From Ylistrum balloti (Eukaryota), in the NCBI RefSeq assembly GCF_031769215.1, contig NW_026782729.1:558001-622000 (forward strand): a DNA stretch of 64,000 nt, read 5' to 3'. The position numbers and the translations under genes are program-made. This document shows positions 51,054-64,000 of this stretch, one piece after another (position 1 is the first letter of the stretch; each line of letters starts with the position of its first letter). The notes under the pieces were generated by a model. It did no database searches. It saw only the letters and a list, made by a program, of their open reading frames with translations, and had not been told where the DNA came from.

Positions 51054-54000
51054 AATGGCATAATGTCAGTAACAAACTCCTGATGAATTTTTAATTTCTC
51101 ATTAATCACCTAGAAAAGGTGAACAATTGCAGCTTTTCAAAAGTGTTTCATGATATCATTCATCTGATCATCATGATTCATGTAAGTACTAGAAAATCAA
51201 TAATCATTTCATAGCTTATAATTAATTACAGCAGATCTAAAGGTGCTTTAATCTTGTTACTAGTTTACCTAAATCAAAAAGATTTCATTTATAGCTGATA
51301 TTTTTTCATGATAACTACATTCTGGAAGTAGGCCCAGATTACAGGTTGAACACAGGTCAATGCTCCAGAAAATGTATTGCCTCTGAATTTTCATATACAT
51401 TGTACACACACTGTTAGCTTACAATTCATATATACTGATTATTGGATATGTTAGAGTACTGTCAAGTACCCATATTAAGTCTATGTATAAGAATACTTAG
51501 TAACGATGCCATTCATTAGCCTGATGGAACTGTTATTATATATATACAACACAATTAGTGTAATTACTGCCAGAACTATAGAGATACTTATGCATGCAGA
51601 TGAATGTGTAAGGGAGTCCACATCTAACACCTGGTATCCATACACATGCTTACAGAATGTGTAGAGATCAGGATACTGGTTACCATTCACACTGGTACAT
51701 ATTTGTGAATAAATTCTTCTATGATAACTGAGAATTGATAAAAAAGAAAGAAATTCATAAAGATACCAGTATTTATAACTGAGAATTGGAGAAAAAAAAA
51801 GGAAGAAATTCATCATGAAACTATTTTTTATAGAAGGTTTATATATAGTAGGTTTCAAATTTTAAGCTATCATTTGACATTTCATTTACCATGTCTTTAA
51901 GTTACAGTCATTTCTGATAAGACTTTTTCCTACACCTGAAAATACCAAAAATAATAAACTTTGGCCTTGTGTTTTCCATCTGTATAGCAACACTTTGACA
52001 GCTGGGAGTTCACGAAGACACATGTTACTTTCAGTAGAGTCCTATCAAGCAATACAGGATGCTTTGATTATATCTTCTATCAAGCAATACAGACATGCAA
52101 GTTGTTATACTTCCATTGGTGCACTGAGTTTACTTTACTATTAAATAATTACTTAAATAAGCTAATTATACAAAAATATTGAAATTGTTCCGTTTTAACA
52201 TGCAACAAGGTGAAAACATTGGGAAGTTACACTTTCCGGTTAAAATTAGACTGCAGATACTTTCAAGGGCTGAGTTGAATAATTCCTTGTTATGGTGTAG
52301 AAGAGGATTACAGGCATTGTAAGAGATGGAGCATTTGGTTAGCTTCCCACATAAGTCAAGTCCGGGAGTGGAATCTTCCTGACAGAGCTAACGTTATACC
52401 AGATATTAATTTTTACATGTTGAATTACCTGTAACTATTAGTTTATTAATTGGAGGCTGAAATGATGGCTGGAGTAATATTGGCTCTGTTTTAATGTTTA
52501 AACCCCACGAAGTAGTGCTACAGTATGATATCTGATGAAGAAATCATCAACCAATGCAAGTGGAGTTACAGACCAGGAGTATATTTATAGATTGTAGGGA
52601 TGGTAGGGGTTATCAGGTCAGTAAAGAATGGACATTTTGATATATGTGGTAGCTTATGAGGGAATTCTTCAGACTTACATACCAATAAAAAACCTATATA
52701 TCTTGGTGATAACTTTCCAACATTTTGATATCTTTTCTGGAGTAACTATGCCTGTTGTTTGGACACCCATGGAAAGGATTTCTCATCAGTGTACATGTGA
52801 GGTTCTCACTGTGAATTGTATTTATTGTTTATTGTTCCAGAAAGTCCACAGATTATAACACTATACTTACTTCAGGATTTAGCTCATATTGTAAAACCAG
52901 GCACAGGCTCCATGCTAAAGGCACATATATACACTTAAGGTGAAAATGTAATTAGATTGCATATGGAACTGTTGCAACTGGCAACCGTGGGAAGTTGGAA
53001 ATGACATCAGACTTACATGATTAGTTTGCACTCAATATTTGACCATGGGAATTGGCTATATTAAGATACGTCCCCAAATAGCATTGTCTCATCCATGTAC
53101 TTTACAAATGATCTGTGTGTCTTGAGAAAGGTTTCATTTAATGAAAGTTTCAAAGTTGAATAAATTTCAAGTTGTCATTAAGTGATTTATACCCATTTTT
53201 GGAAGTAAGCATCATGGAGCCATGATGGTCAACCACTTATAGGATCTTAATATCACTAAAGGAAATGGTTTTAACCTGGTTCTCACACAAAGCTATAAAT
53301 ACTGTACCAGTCATGACCATATGATCCTATATTTGAGTTAAGGTTGGTGTGGATTGAGTGTATTGAATTCTTCAACATCTTTGTACTTATATTAAGATGA
53401 TTAGAATAACTGAAGACCTAGAGAAGGCTGTAGCACCAGATATTTCCCTTTTTCTTTAAAGCTATCTAATTTCTTACCTTAGTGATATCTTGTATCATAT
53501 GAGATGTGCAAAGGAGAATACCAAAGTAATTGAAAATATTCAAATGCAATAAATTAAAACTTTTTGTGACAGTAAGCACATAATAAGCAGACATTTTAGA
53601 TAATTAAGTAGAGGTTTCTTAACAAGAGGTTGTTATATAATGTGGTATTTCTTTCACTGTCGTTAGTTATTTAAGTTACAAAAAACCGAGCATTTACAAA
53701 TATACAAAGTGACAAGTTTGTGAGACCTGTTTCTTCTCTAATAAAAGAGCTATACTGTTGTAATGAGTTGACCTGTTCTATACCCACTGGTAGTGAAATG
53801 CTGCAATTGAATTATGATTAATATGCAAAACTGACATTTCAGAAATATGTAGAAATGTTATGATTTATTACAAATTTTATCAAGTGTTTTATCTTAATAG
53901 CAATAAACTGATAGAAACCCTTATAAAAATTAGATTATAACAAAAAGCATGAAGTACTTGACCTACTTTTTGCATGTTTAAATTTCAGGGACTTTGTGAA

Positions 54001-54194
54001 GCATTCTTCCTGTTCAAGTTTACTGTGTCAGCCGAGCAAAAAGCTCAGATTTTAATATTTGTGGTTTATTTACCAGTTTTTTGTTACTCACAGTTCTAAT
54101 GATAAACTGCTGTTTTGGGAGGTCAAGTTGAGCACCATCCCATTGTGGTGAAAATGTAAATAAATCAAGTGTTGAACTAAGGCTCACATCACTA

Positions 54195-54360
54195 CAGGGC
54201 TCTCACACCCCATTTTGGGACTGGGGCCTGGGGCCTGGGGCCTTTAGAATTGGGAAAAATAATGGTGTTTTCCTTAGAATTGGGAAAACTTGGGTCTAAA
54301 TTGGGAAAAAAAGATACTATTTTGCATATTCGGCCCAAATCTGGCAGATTGAGAGCCCTG
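54195..54360. mobile_element. 166-bp MITE with 11-bp terminal inverted repeats and a 5-bp target-site duplication
   Basis: Termini CAGGGCTCTCA...TGAGAGCCCTG, flanked on both sides by cacta. Confidence 0.8.
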
Positions 54361-57300
54361 CACTAAGACACTAGTTTGGTACTTTAGAACATAATTGTGA
54401 TCAGTTCATTATAAACTTTCACATACACATCTTTCATATACACTATTACTGTAAAATTATAGATAATATTTTGTTGATGGTTCTGTACCTGCCTAAAAGC
54501 ATTATTTGGCTTTTCGTGTGGCTAAATATAGCCTGAACTAGAGCAGTTGATTGATATTAGATAAATTAGTTGAGATATAGCATTTAACAGACTGCCAACA
54601 GGTGTACAGTTTGTGGCATTTCTTATCCACACTAGAAGGAACCAAGATGCTTTGAAACTTTTTTTTTGTTTTTAAACTGGGAATAGGTGGTCAACATGCT
54701 CCATCCTTTTATACATGTATATCAATGATATCCATATACACATACATGTAAATATTTGCTTTGCCGAGGGCAGTTTCCAATGCTTTCTGTCTGCCTGTAT
54801 TGACAGGCATATCCATAATCAAGACTTAGAATGTGAATATTCATCTCTTCAGTATAGGCTGAAGCTGTGTGCTGTAACAGCCAAGCTCAGTTTTCTTACA
54901 GATGATGTTGATAAGATGATCATTATAATGAAAATACCACATTAAAAAAGGGTGGGGATAAAAATGTCTTGCTGCTAGGAAGTGATTGTGGATTTCGGAT
55001 CTGTCAATGCTGCCATGCATATATCTGTTGATGATTATCCATTATACTTGTAGTAATCTAACTATTGCCAAACTTGAACAAGTACATTTGTTAAAGTTTA
55101 AACTTTGCATTGCTGTTTGATTCAGTCAAAGGTTTCCATTGGCACAAGTTGCTTGCACATCTTAAAAATGTTTGCCTTTCATATTTCTTTCTTTAATTTG
55201 TGATGTAATGATCAGGTTTACTTCGTTAGGTTTTATCTTTCATTAAGTGTTTGTCTGAAGCTTTCTGTAAGCTCCACTCCCAACATTTCCTATATTATAA
55301 GAATTATTGTCATGTGGTATACAGCTGTGTATGATGTTGTGCCATCTTTACTCAAATTATTTTGTGATCTAGAAACAAACAAACATCTGACTAGCTTATT
55401 GATTAAAAAGATCTTAAAATCATGTATTCACTGACATAGTTTGCTATGTTCTTTTGTGATCTTATCATTTGTGAAATAGTGTTTGTATGGATAAAACCAG
55501 TATGCATGAAACATCAACACAGCTAGTATAAAATTTATATACAATGATAAAGGTGTAGACAGATTGATGTAATACTACGTGTTTTACCACAATTACATAG
55601 AAAGCTGCTATTATGGACATGTATAATGGTTGATAATTTTGCATGTGGAAGTTAAAATTGGTGTCTGATTGTTGATAATTATAAAAAGATATTATCACAA
55701 GATTGCAGTGAAAACTGCAGTTGTACAGAATGCCTATGTTTAAGAAATTAATGTCATGCTATGTAGAATCTTTAAACTACACAGTGTATTCAGTGTGTAG
55801 TAATAAAACTTCATCAACATTTCAGATGTATCTATATAGTAATTTTTATGTATTCAAAAGTGTTTTAAAGTTTAAAGTAACAATTAGTGCCTTGTGCCTT
55901 GTGTTTCAGAACTGTACTTAACCAACAGATCAACTCTGCTAGAAACATTCACTTTAGGAATCATCACACATAGTTCATCGGAAATGTTTTATAAGACCAG
56001 AGAATAATTGCACTAAAAATTCTCAAACATCTTACATGCACCATGTATCTTGCTGATTTTTTCAACTGTTACATGCTGTTCAGAATGATCATGTGGAGTT
56101 AATAGTTTACATATACTATGATATATTTCTAAGTCCTACAAGATTTCAGTACAAATGTACAGAGTTTGAACATCTGGTAATGAAAAATTGATTAAATAAT
56201 AATCAACTCAACAAATTTTTAAAAAAACCAACCAAGTTACTGCTGTGATATATGGCGTTTTGTGTGGAGTTTTGAGATGTTTGTTGAAGTGAACCTGCTG
56301 TGTAGATTTCATGCTTGAGGTGGATGTATACCACCCTGAGAACCTCACTAGTAAATACAAATTTGACATATGCCTGCAACCCCTCCATCATTTTAGCATC
56401 TGCTCACATGTCAGGAAGGAACCGACTCCATTGTATATTGTAAACATGGTATAAACAAGATATAGATGGCTGGTCATGTCTGCTCTCCCTTAACTTACAT
56501 GTTGATGTGTCAAAAACACATGCTTTTGTTCTGAAATTGTGTAAAACGTAGCTGTGTCTGACAAGCATTACTGTAATTCTACAATGTAATGCACCTGTAG
56601 TTGTTGTACGTTTGGTTGGGATTCAAAATTCCGATATATATAAATATTGTGAAAAAAAGAGTGTCAAATATGCACTGTAAATGCACACCTACATAGTACA
56701 CACCTTTAATAGGCAAAGTGGATGTGATTAATATGATGTTCTGGTAAATGGTCATCAACGTGCTGTTGCTTCAGAACAGGTGGGATTATAAGATCAATTA
56801 CAGTATTCATGAACTCAGATGATAATTGACCTTTCACTGTGATGAATTGCCCAATGTTTCAGGTGTTTTTCCCAGGTGTACACCTATGTATATATAACAT
56901 ATACCTTTAGGTGTACATTGAACAGATGCAAGCCGGATCTTACCTGTCAATTGTAAGACAATACTCTTATAAAGATTTTGATATTTAACTCATTGTTGAA
57001 TGCTATGGTTTTGTTATTGGGTCACTTATGATACACAAAGAAAAAACAAAAGTTTTGAAATAGAATGCAGGGTGTCAGCAGAGCTGACAGGAAGTACTTA
57101 GACTCATGATCACCTGTCTAGCTGACAACCCACAATCACTTGTATGGCAGTATCATATTTAAAGATTTAAATTTCTCTAATTCATTTTGTCAATAACAAG
57201 GCCTCCAAGGCCATGATATACACTTCACTACTTTTAACACTTATTATACTTTTAGAGTGAGGTTTGTGTATTTTTTTTATCAAAGAATTGACTTCCAATT

Positions 57301-60300
57301 CTTAGTGTAAACAATAGTGAAAAGAAGGAATGTGTTTGTGTGTTTATATTCTGACTACAAATCTTGACCAAAAAACAAATGAGGCATATGATACAAAACC
57401 AAACTATGGCATTTCTATAAACGCTTTGTTCAGATTGTAAAATTGGTCTGATTTACTGATTGTGTGAGGAAATGTTAGACAGGATGTTTATAATGTGAAT
57501 GTGATAAAAATATCTCTATACTGGTACTAAGAGTTGAAATGCCATATTAAAAAGGAAATTACTGTTATCATTTGTAAAGATGTATTGTAATACTTTAGAT
57601 ATGAAATAGCTTTGCATTATACAAAATGTTTCAAAGACAAAGTATTTACATGTTACAGTTAAGAACATGACAAGTGTAAGTATACATGTACACATGCAGT
57701 TATATTAGGTATGTTGCACAGACATTAATCAATTGCTTGGATGATTGTCAATGTGGTTGACTTTGGAAGGACATATGAGGTGGTCTATTATATAACAAAG
57801 CAGTATTGGAGAAGAATCTCCTTGTCCACAGACTATTGATCATGAGCTGAGGACTACATACATGTAATAGTTAAATGATATAGTTGTGTGTTCCAATGTA
57901 TTTGTGTGGTGCAATTAAGTTTGTTCCATGATTGTGATTCTTCGGGGTTGTTAAAAAAGTGTTTCTCATCTTAGACTTTCTGTAAACACTTCTTACTCAA
58001 GCCTTGTTACATCTAGTCATCATTGTTACAGACTGAAAGGTTGGGCTTTCCTTGGAAATTTGGTATTATTTTTGGAGGAGAAAGACCAAGGAGATATTAT
58101 TTGGATGTATTCAGATAAGACAGCATGTCAGACTATTTTGGGTTACACGGAAACCTTCATAATCTGGTCGGACATATTGATCAGTCAGAAAGCTTATATC
58201 CAGTGGGTTTTTTTGTTTTTTGTTTTGTTTTTGTAAGAAACTTTGGGCTACATTATTATGAGACTCACAATGTCAGACATTAGTGAGAGAACAGAGGCAG
58301 ATAAGACAGGTCTCACTGTGGCAGGAATATTTTCCCTTGGAGTTACATAGCTTTAAGGATCATTTTTGAGGCTGGTCTTCAGATCTATACAAACAATATC
58401 CTTGATGAAAGCAAACTGTGAAAGTTTGACATCATTTAGGGTAAGAGGTGAGATAGTGCACCAGGCCATTAATGAGCTTGAAATGAACTGATCCCTTTAC
58501 AGCTCTACTTGTATTTAGATCTTTCAATGTGCATGTACTTGTAACAGTAGGTACGTGCTTTCTGATATGTTTCTAAAAGTTGTCGACATTGTTGTGTTAT
58601 TCCAGTTACGAATTGAAGAAATGTCACTAGTCAAGAGGTACATGTATATAGCTGTTTCATATCAAACAAAATATGGGTTTACAATTTCAAGTTCATATGC
58701 AAACACATCATGTCAACACTCTGTGATACTCTTGGAGTCATGAATGTGATCATTATTTGACCTTTGGACCACTGGTTTGTTGGTCAGATATGTATACTGT
58801 ACCAAATGGAAGAAATTTGAATGGTCAAAGTATCAGGTTGTCATATTTCTGACTGACATTTATGCTTGATTTTATAATCACTGATAAATGATTGCTTCAT
58901 TTTTTTGGGTCAGTTGTGTGTTTGAGCTCTACACTAAGCGATGTAATTATGCCTGTCTGAGAAAATCAACAAAATAAACCCATACAACTTTTTTCTTTGC
59001 GTACATCAACATGGATTCAAGCACTCTAACATTGATTTCTGGGAACGGTTGTGTTTTCCCACTCTGAACAGGGCACATTATCAGTTGATTCGCTGTTGAT
59101 GTATGGTAACAATGTAATTTATGGCAAGTGGAGACCAATTCCTATTGATTTAGGTGATTGTAATTACAGATTAATGCGTTTCAGACCATTCACTTCAAAT
59201 TTTATGGTTAATTTGTTTGTGTTATAAAATAATCCCAATTATCCAGTAAATTGTTTTCTTTGATTCTGTTTATTCTAGATCTCTGTCCCTCCAGCCTCAG
59301 TACCAGAATATGTGTATATTCTGGAAAGTCTGGTTAAACATGAATTTCAGGGTATAGGCATTTTATTTTGTTTAAAACAACATTACTGGTATCTTTCATT
59401 TATTCAAAGATCCTGTGATGCATCATAGATTTGTTGGTTTCAATCAAGAACATTACAGAAGAGTAATAAATACCTTACAGATTGAGTTTCCAATGTTTTG
59501 GAGCAGCAATAAGCTTGTGATAACATATCTCTGTACATGGATTAAATTTACCACACATGGCTGACAGTGAACATCCTCGTTTTACAGTTTCTTTTAATAC
59601 AGCACATAATAGCAGGGTCAGCTGTTCCCCCTCCTGGCATGGCTTAGGTACTTGTACACCTTATGTTTGTGTATGTATACATTACTAAGGCTCTTGGCTT
59701 TGCCTGCATTAAATCAGTAACATTTTGATTTTGCCTACAAGTTAAATAACCAGACTTCCCTTCCTACTCCATAGAACATGTTAAATAGCATATACAGAGG
59801 GCCTGTCTGCACAGCCAGTAGACCTTAAGTACTACTTGAGTGTGATATGATGTCAGGTTAGAAAAGTAATCACCTCCACCTGTACATTACCAGACAAACA
59901 TGTGCACATTGGCACCTTCTGTACCTCCTTGTACACATAGGGGATCATTACACATGATTTCTCTCTTTGATCAGGTTTTGTCCAGTCGGGACCCATTTGC
60001 AAATAGAGCTTGTAAAATATGTGATAAATCTTCAGCTGTAGGCTATACATAACTTAAATTGGGGGAATTGAAATTCATCTTAAAAAGGTTGGGGATTCTG
60101 ATTTTCCATGTTAGTTATACATACTCCTGTAGTATGTAAACAGACACAGCACATGTCCAGTTTTCAAGCTAACATTGCTGTGTACTGATATCGAAAGATA
60201 ACATCACATAGGTAGCTGATTGACATAGTTGTGGGAAGCAGTATTGATAAAAACTTGCACCAGGAAATGTTTTAATGTGGCACTTTAATTTTACAAACAT

Positions 60301-61271
60301 GTTTTGATAGGTAAGGTTCGTTTTTAGATAAAATTGAATTTTCTTTGCACATACTAAGGCTAAAACTAAATGTGGTCATTTCTGGATGTCAGCATTTGAG
60401 TTGCATATAAGTGTCCAAAGCCCCCAACCAGTGAAAGTGAAAGAGCATGGTATCCTGAAGGGTGGCCCATGGACAGCATAAACTATAAGTACAATGATCC
60501 TGAAGACTTCCTTGAGGACTGGAGTGATTAGTGCTAATGTAGCACCACTATAACAACAAGTGGTGACATTTAAGTATGTTGAGGATGCCAGGTTGAACCC
60601 TATAAGCTCTATTTGATGCTTATCAGGGACAAGGGCTAGGGTATTGTGATAGTTAATTGATAAAGACATTTCAGTTGCACAAGTCTTAAGAACTTTTTTT
60701 TTTTGGCTATGGGATTAAGTGTTACAGCCATGTTTCAAACTTAAGCAGCAACAGGCATGGTCAGCACTTGGATGATTGAATGCATGGCCTAGCACCCCAA
60801 TGAATGGTATATAATTGACTTCCAAGCTAAATTTCAACTGACAGTTGGCAAATATTGCATGAAATCCAAATTTGATTTACAACATGTTTAAACTGGTGAC
60901 AAGATGAAACTTTCCCCATGATCTCTTGCATATACTACTGTTAATTCATTTATGATATCAAACGAAACATTGCATTAGTTTTAACAGTACTGTAGAGCAT
61001 ATATACTGGATCTTAGTTAATATCAACAATTACTTTGAACATGAAGATAAAGGATAACTTTATATAACATCAACAAAGCCATGAAATGATACATGCATAT
61101 AGATGTATTAATGAAATCCTTTATATTCCCTTAACTGAATGCTTTTAGAATTCACATGTTGTATACAAATTTCATTGTTGTAGAATGACATATTGAAAAT
61201 GTCGTAATTGTATTTGCTTTTGCTTTTGTTGTGTTTCTGATGAAAAAAACTGACCTTAACATCATTGACAG

Positions 61272-61334
61272 ACTTACACAGGGTCCATTCTTGTGGCAGT
61301 AAATCCTTACAAAGAATTACCAATATATGAACAG
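61272..61334 (+). CDS. Unconventional myosin motor domain exon (TYTGSILVAVNPYKELPIYEQ); gene continues beyond the window
   Basis: Bounded by ttgacag| and |gtaagt. It joins the previous exon in phase 0 to give the hallmark IY-TYTGSILVAVNPY. Confidence 0.92.
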
Positions 61335-61669
61335 GTAAGTTGTTATCCTTATGACTTTCTTTTTACTGCAGATTTGATGGTTTTTGTCTAGCTAGGTACA
61401 AATAAGGAAATCTATAAATACATGTCTTCTCTTTTAGTATAATCTTTATTTCATTCCATTACTTGAAAAACAGACAAAGTACAAAGGCATTGGATCTGGA
61501 AACAAGTTAAGGTTAACCTTTTTAAGTACATTTTGACCAATTGAAAATCAGAAACAGATACACTATTCATGTTCTATATCAATTATGTATCATCTCAATT
61601 ATGTCACAGTAATCTGTTTCCAGTTAGGTTTGCAGAACTCTAGTTACAAAAACTATTAACACAAGACAA

Positions 61670-63135
61670 ACTTATTGGTAGGTGTGTCACTTCTGTAAGG
61701 TTTGTAGAGCTGTAATCAGCGTGGTAGGTGTGTTACTTCAGTTAGGTTTGTAGATCTGTAGTCAGTGTGGTCGGTGTGTCACTTCAGTTAGGTTTGTAGA
61801 TTTGTAGTCAGTTAGGTAAAACAAGACAAGCTCAATGGTCTGACATTTTATTTAGGTTTGCAGATCTGTAGTCAGTAAGGTAACACAAGACAAACTTATT
61901 GGTGTGTCACTTCAGTAAGGTTTGTAGATCTGTAGTCAGTGTGGTAGGTGTCACTTCAGTAAGGTTTGTAGATCTGTAGTCAGTGTGGTAGGTGTGTCAC
62001 TTCAGTAAGGTTTGTAGATCTATAGTCAGTGTGGTAGGTATGTCACTTTAGTAAGGTTTGCAGATCTGTAGTCAGTAAGGTAACACAAGACAAACTTATT
62101 GGTGTGTCACTTCTGTAAGGTTTGTAGATCTGTAGTCAGTGTGGTAGGTGTCACTTCAGTAAGGTTTGTAGATCTGTAGTCAGTGTGGTAGGTGTCACTT
62201 CAGTAAGGTTTGTAGATCTGTAGTCAGTGTGGTAGGTGTGTCACTTCTGTAAGGTTTGTAGATCTGTAGTCAGTGTGGTAGGTGTGTCACTTCTGTAAGG
62301 TTTGTAGATCTGTAGTCAGTGTGGTAGGTGTGTCACTTCAGTAAGGTTTGTAGATCTGTAGTCAGTGTGGTAGGTGTTTCACTTCTGTAAGGTTTGTAGA
62401 TCTGTAGTCAGTGTGGTAAGTGTCACTTCAGTAAGGTTTGTAGATCTGTAGTCAGTGTGGTAGGTGTGTCACTTCTGTAAGGTTTGTAGATCTGTAGTCA
62501 GTGTGGTAGGTGTGTCACTTCTGTAAGGTTTGTAGATCTGTAGTCAGTGTGGTAGGTGTGTCACTTCAGTAAGGTTTGTAGATCTGTAGTCAGTGTGGTA
62601 GGTGTTTCACTTCTGTAAGGTTTGTAGATCTGTAGTCAGTGTGGTAAGTGTCACTTCAGTAAGGTTTGTAGATCTGTAGTCAGTGTGGTAGGTGTGTCAC
62701 TTCTGTAAGGTTTGTAGATCTGTAGTCAGTGTGGTAGGTGTGTCACTTCTGTAAGGTTTGTAGATCTGTAGTCAGTGTGGTAGGTGTGTCACTTCTGTAA
62801 GGTTTGTAGATCTGTAGTAAGTGTGGTAGGTGTGTCACTTCAGTTAGGTTTGTAGATTTGTAGTCAGTGTGGTAAGTGTCACTTCAGTAAGGTTTGTAGA
62901 TCTGTAGTCAGTGTGGTAGGTGTGTCACTTCTGTAAGGTTTGTAGATCTGTAGTCAGTGTGGTAGGTGTGTCACTTCTGTAAGGTTTGTAGATCTGTAGT
63001 AAGTGTGGTAGGTGTGTCACTTCAGTTAGGTTTGTAGATTTGTAGTCAGTGTGGTAGGTATGTCAATTTAGTAAGGTTTGTAGATTTGTAGTCAGTAAGG
63101 TAACACAAGACAAACTTACTGGTGTGTCACTTAAG
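61670..63135. repeat. 46/44-bp minisatellite, ~30 copies, in a myosin intron
   Basis: Unit tcacttcagtaaggtttgtagatctgtagtcagtgtggtaggtgtg, punctuated by a variant block gtaaggtaacacaagacaaactta. Confidence 0.96.
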
Positions 63136-64000
63136 TGAAGGTAGGTTTATGGAGTTGTAAAATTATTTATGGTGTGAAGATGAACAAGTTTTAAATGTCA
63201 AGTGACGTTTTAAGGCACCATGTACAATTTATAGTGTCAGCAGGTTAGGTACATTATATTCCTTAAACTTTATGTCCGTTTTATAATGGTTTGTGTAACA
63301 GTTGATAGACTGACGGGTCAGTCCCTCAAATACATTAGTCATGTTTCATTTGTTTTCAAATGTGTTTCATGCTTGTTTCTTCTCCTGAAGGGGCTAAAAG
63401 TTGAATTGCTTATCAAGTTGATGTGCTGCTGAAATGTCTATAGGTCAATATACTAAATATATACCTTCTTGTTATAAACTGTCAAGCAATATTTTGGCAC
63501 GTTTTACAGTCAAACCTGCCATGAAGGTCATCAGTATAATACCTGTTTATAAAGGTTACTTGTTTCTGCTCCCATTACTATACAAAACAAAATCATCAAA
63601 CCTCTATATCAATGCCATCATTTTATACAAGCTATTTTTTCTTCCCCCTTTTGTTTCCTAAATGTACAGTATTGCCTATATTTAGAATTTTGCTATAGTG
63701 AATCCATCAATAGGATTCTATTGCAAATAGATCAACTTTGCTAAGTTTTAGCTCATGTTGGTCTAAGACTTTGAATGTCAGTGATGTGAAATATGCATTC
63801 GTGAATAGCATTGAATACCAGATGAGCAATGCAGGCTCTTTTGGCCACTTGTTCTGTTGTGTATAGTGATGGCGAATCCATAACAGTGAAAAATAAAGAT
63901 TTCAGCTTAGTTTTCATTCTACTTAGCGTACTGCACTACCAAACTGCAAAGAGGAGATGAAGATGCATGCATTGTATCAAAACTGTACATTACAGTCCTT

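Noticed and set aside
45000-61200. Short ORFs in the myosin introns as nested genes or extra exons
   Set aside because: The motor-domain sequence is contiguous across the identified exons, and the ORFs are short and AT-rich with no recognisable motifs.
5392-63135. Tandem arrays as CRISPR arrays
   Set aside because: The units are contiguous with no unique spacers, there are no cas genes, and the context is eukaryotic with introns.
63505-63720. Tc1/pogo-like MITE starting TACAGTCAAACCTG
   Set aside because: No matching right terminal inverted repeat could be found.

Overview
This is AT-rich, intron-containing eukaryotic (animal) DNA. A bivalve mollusc such as an oyster is my inference from repeat style and gene content, not a verified assignment. 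There are three blocks. (1) 1-24.8 kb: a tandem, same-strand (-) cluster of at least four SLC46-family (PCFT/SLC46A3-like) MFS transporter paralogs. They share a 4-coding-exon structure (~1.1-1.2 kb, 84 bp, 157 bp, short terminal exon); the leftmost copy runs off the window. (2) 25-35 kb: minisatellite arrays, transposon remnants and decayed coding-like sequence. (3) 35.6-44.4 kb: a 7-exon ZNF318 ortholog (-, ~1601 aa) head-to-head with an unconventional myosin gene (+), of which only three short motor-domain exons fall in the window. At least eight tandem-repeat arrays explain nearly all the long repetitive ORFs in the six-frame track; none is CRISPR. The most intriguing signal is a 37-bp array about 110 bp upstream of one SLC46 paralog's start codon, in which many units carry the ISG15-type ISRE core GAAACCGAAAC. 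The paralogs also differ in dileucine sorting motifs and key transport residues. This suggests, as inference only, a subfunctionalised and possibly immune-inducible transporter cluster. All gene models were read by eye from splice signals and reading-frame continuity; no database search was run.
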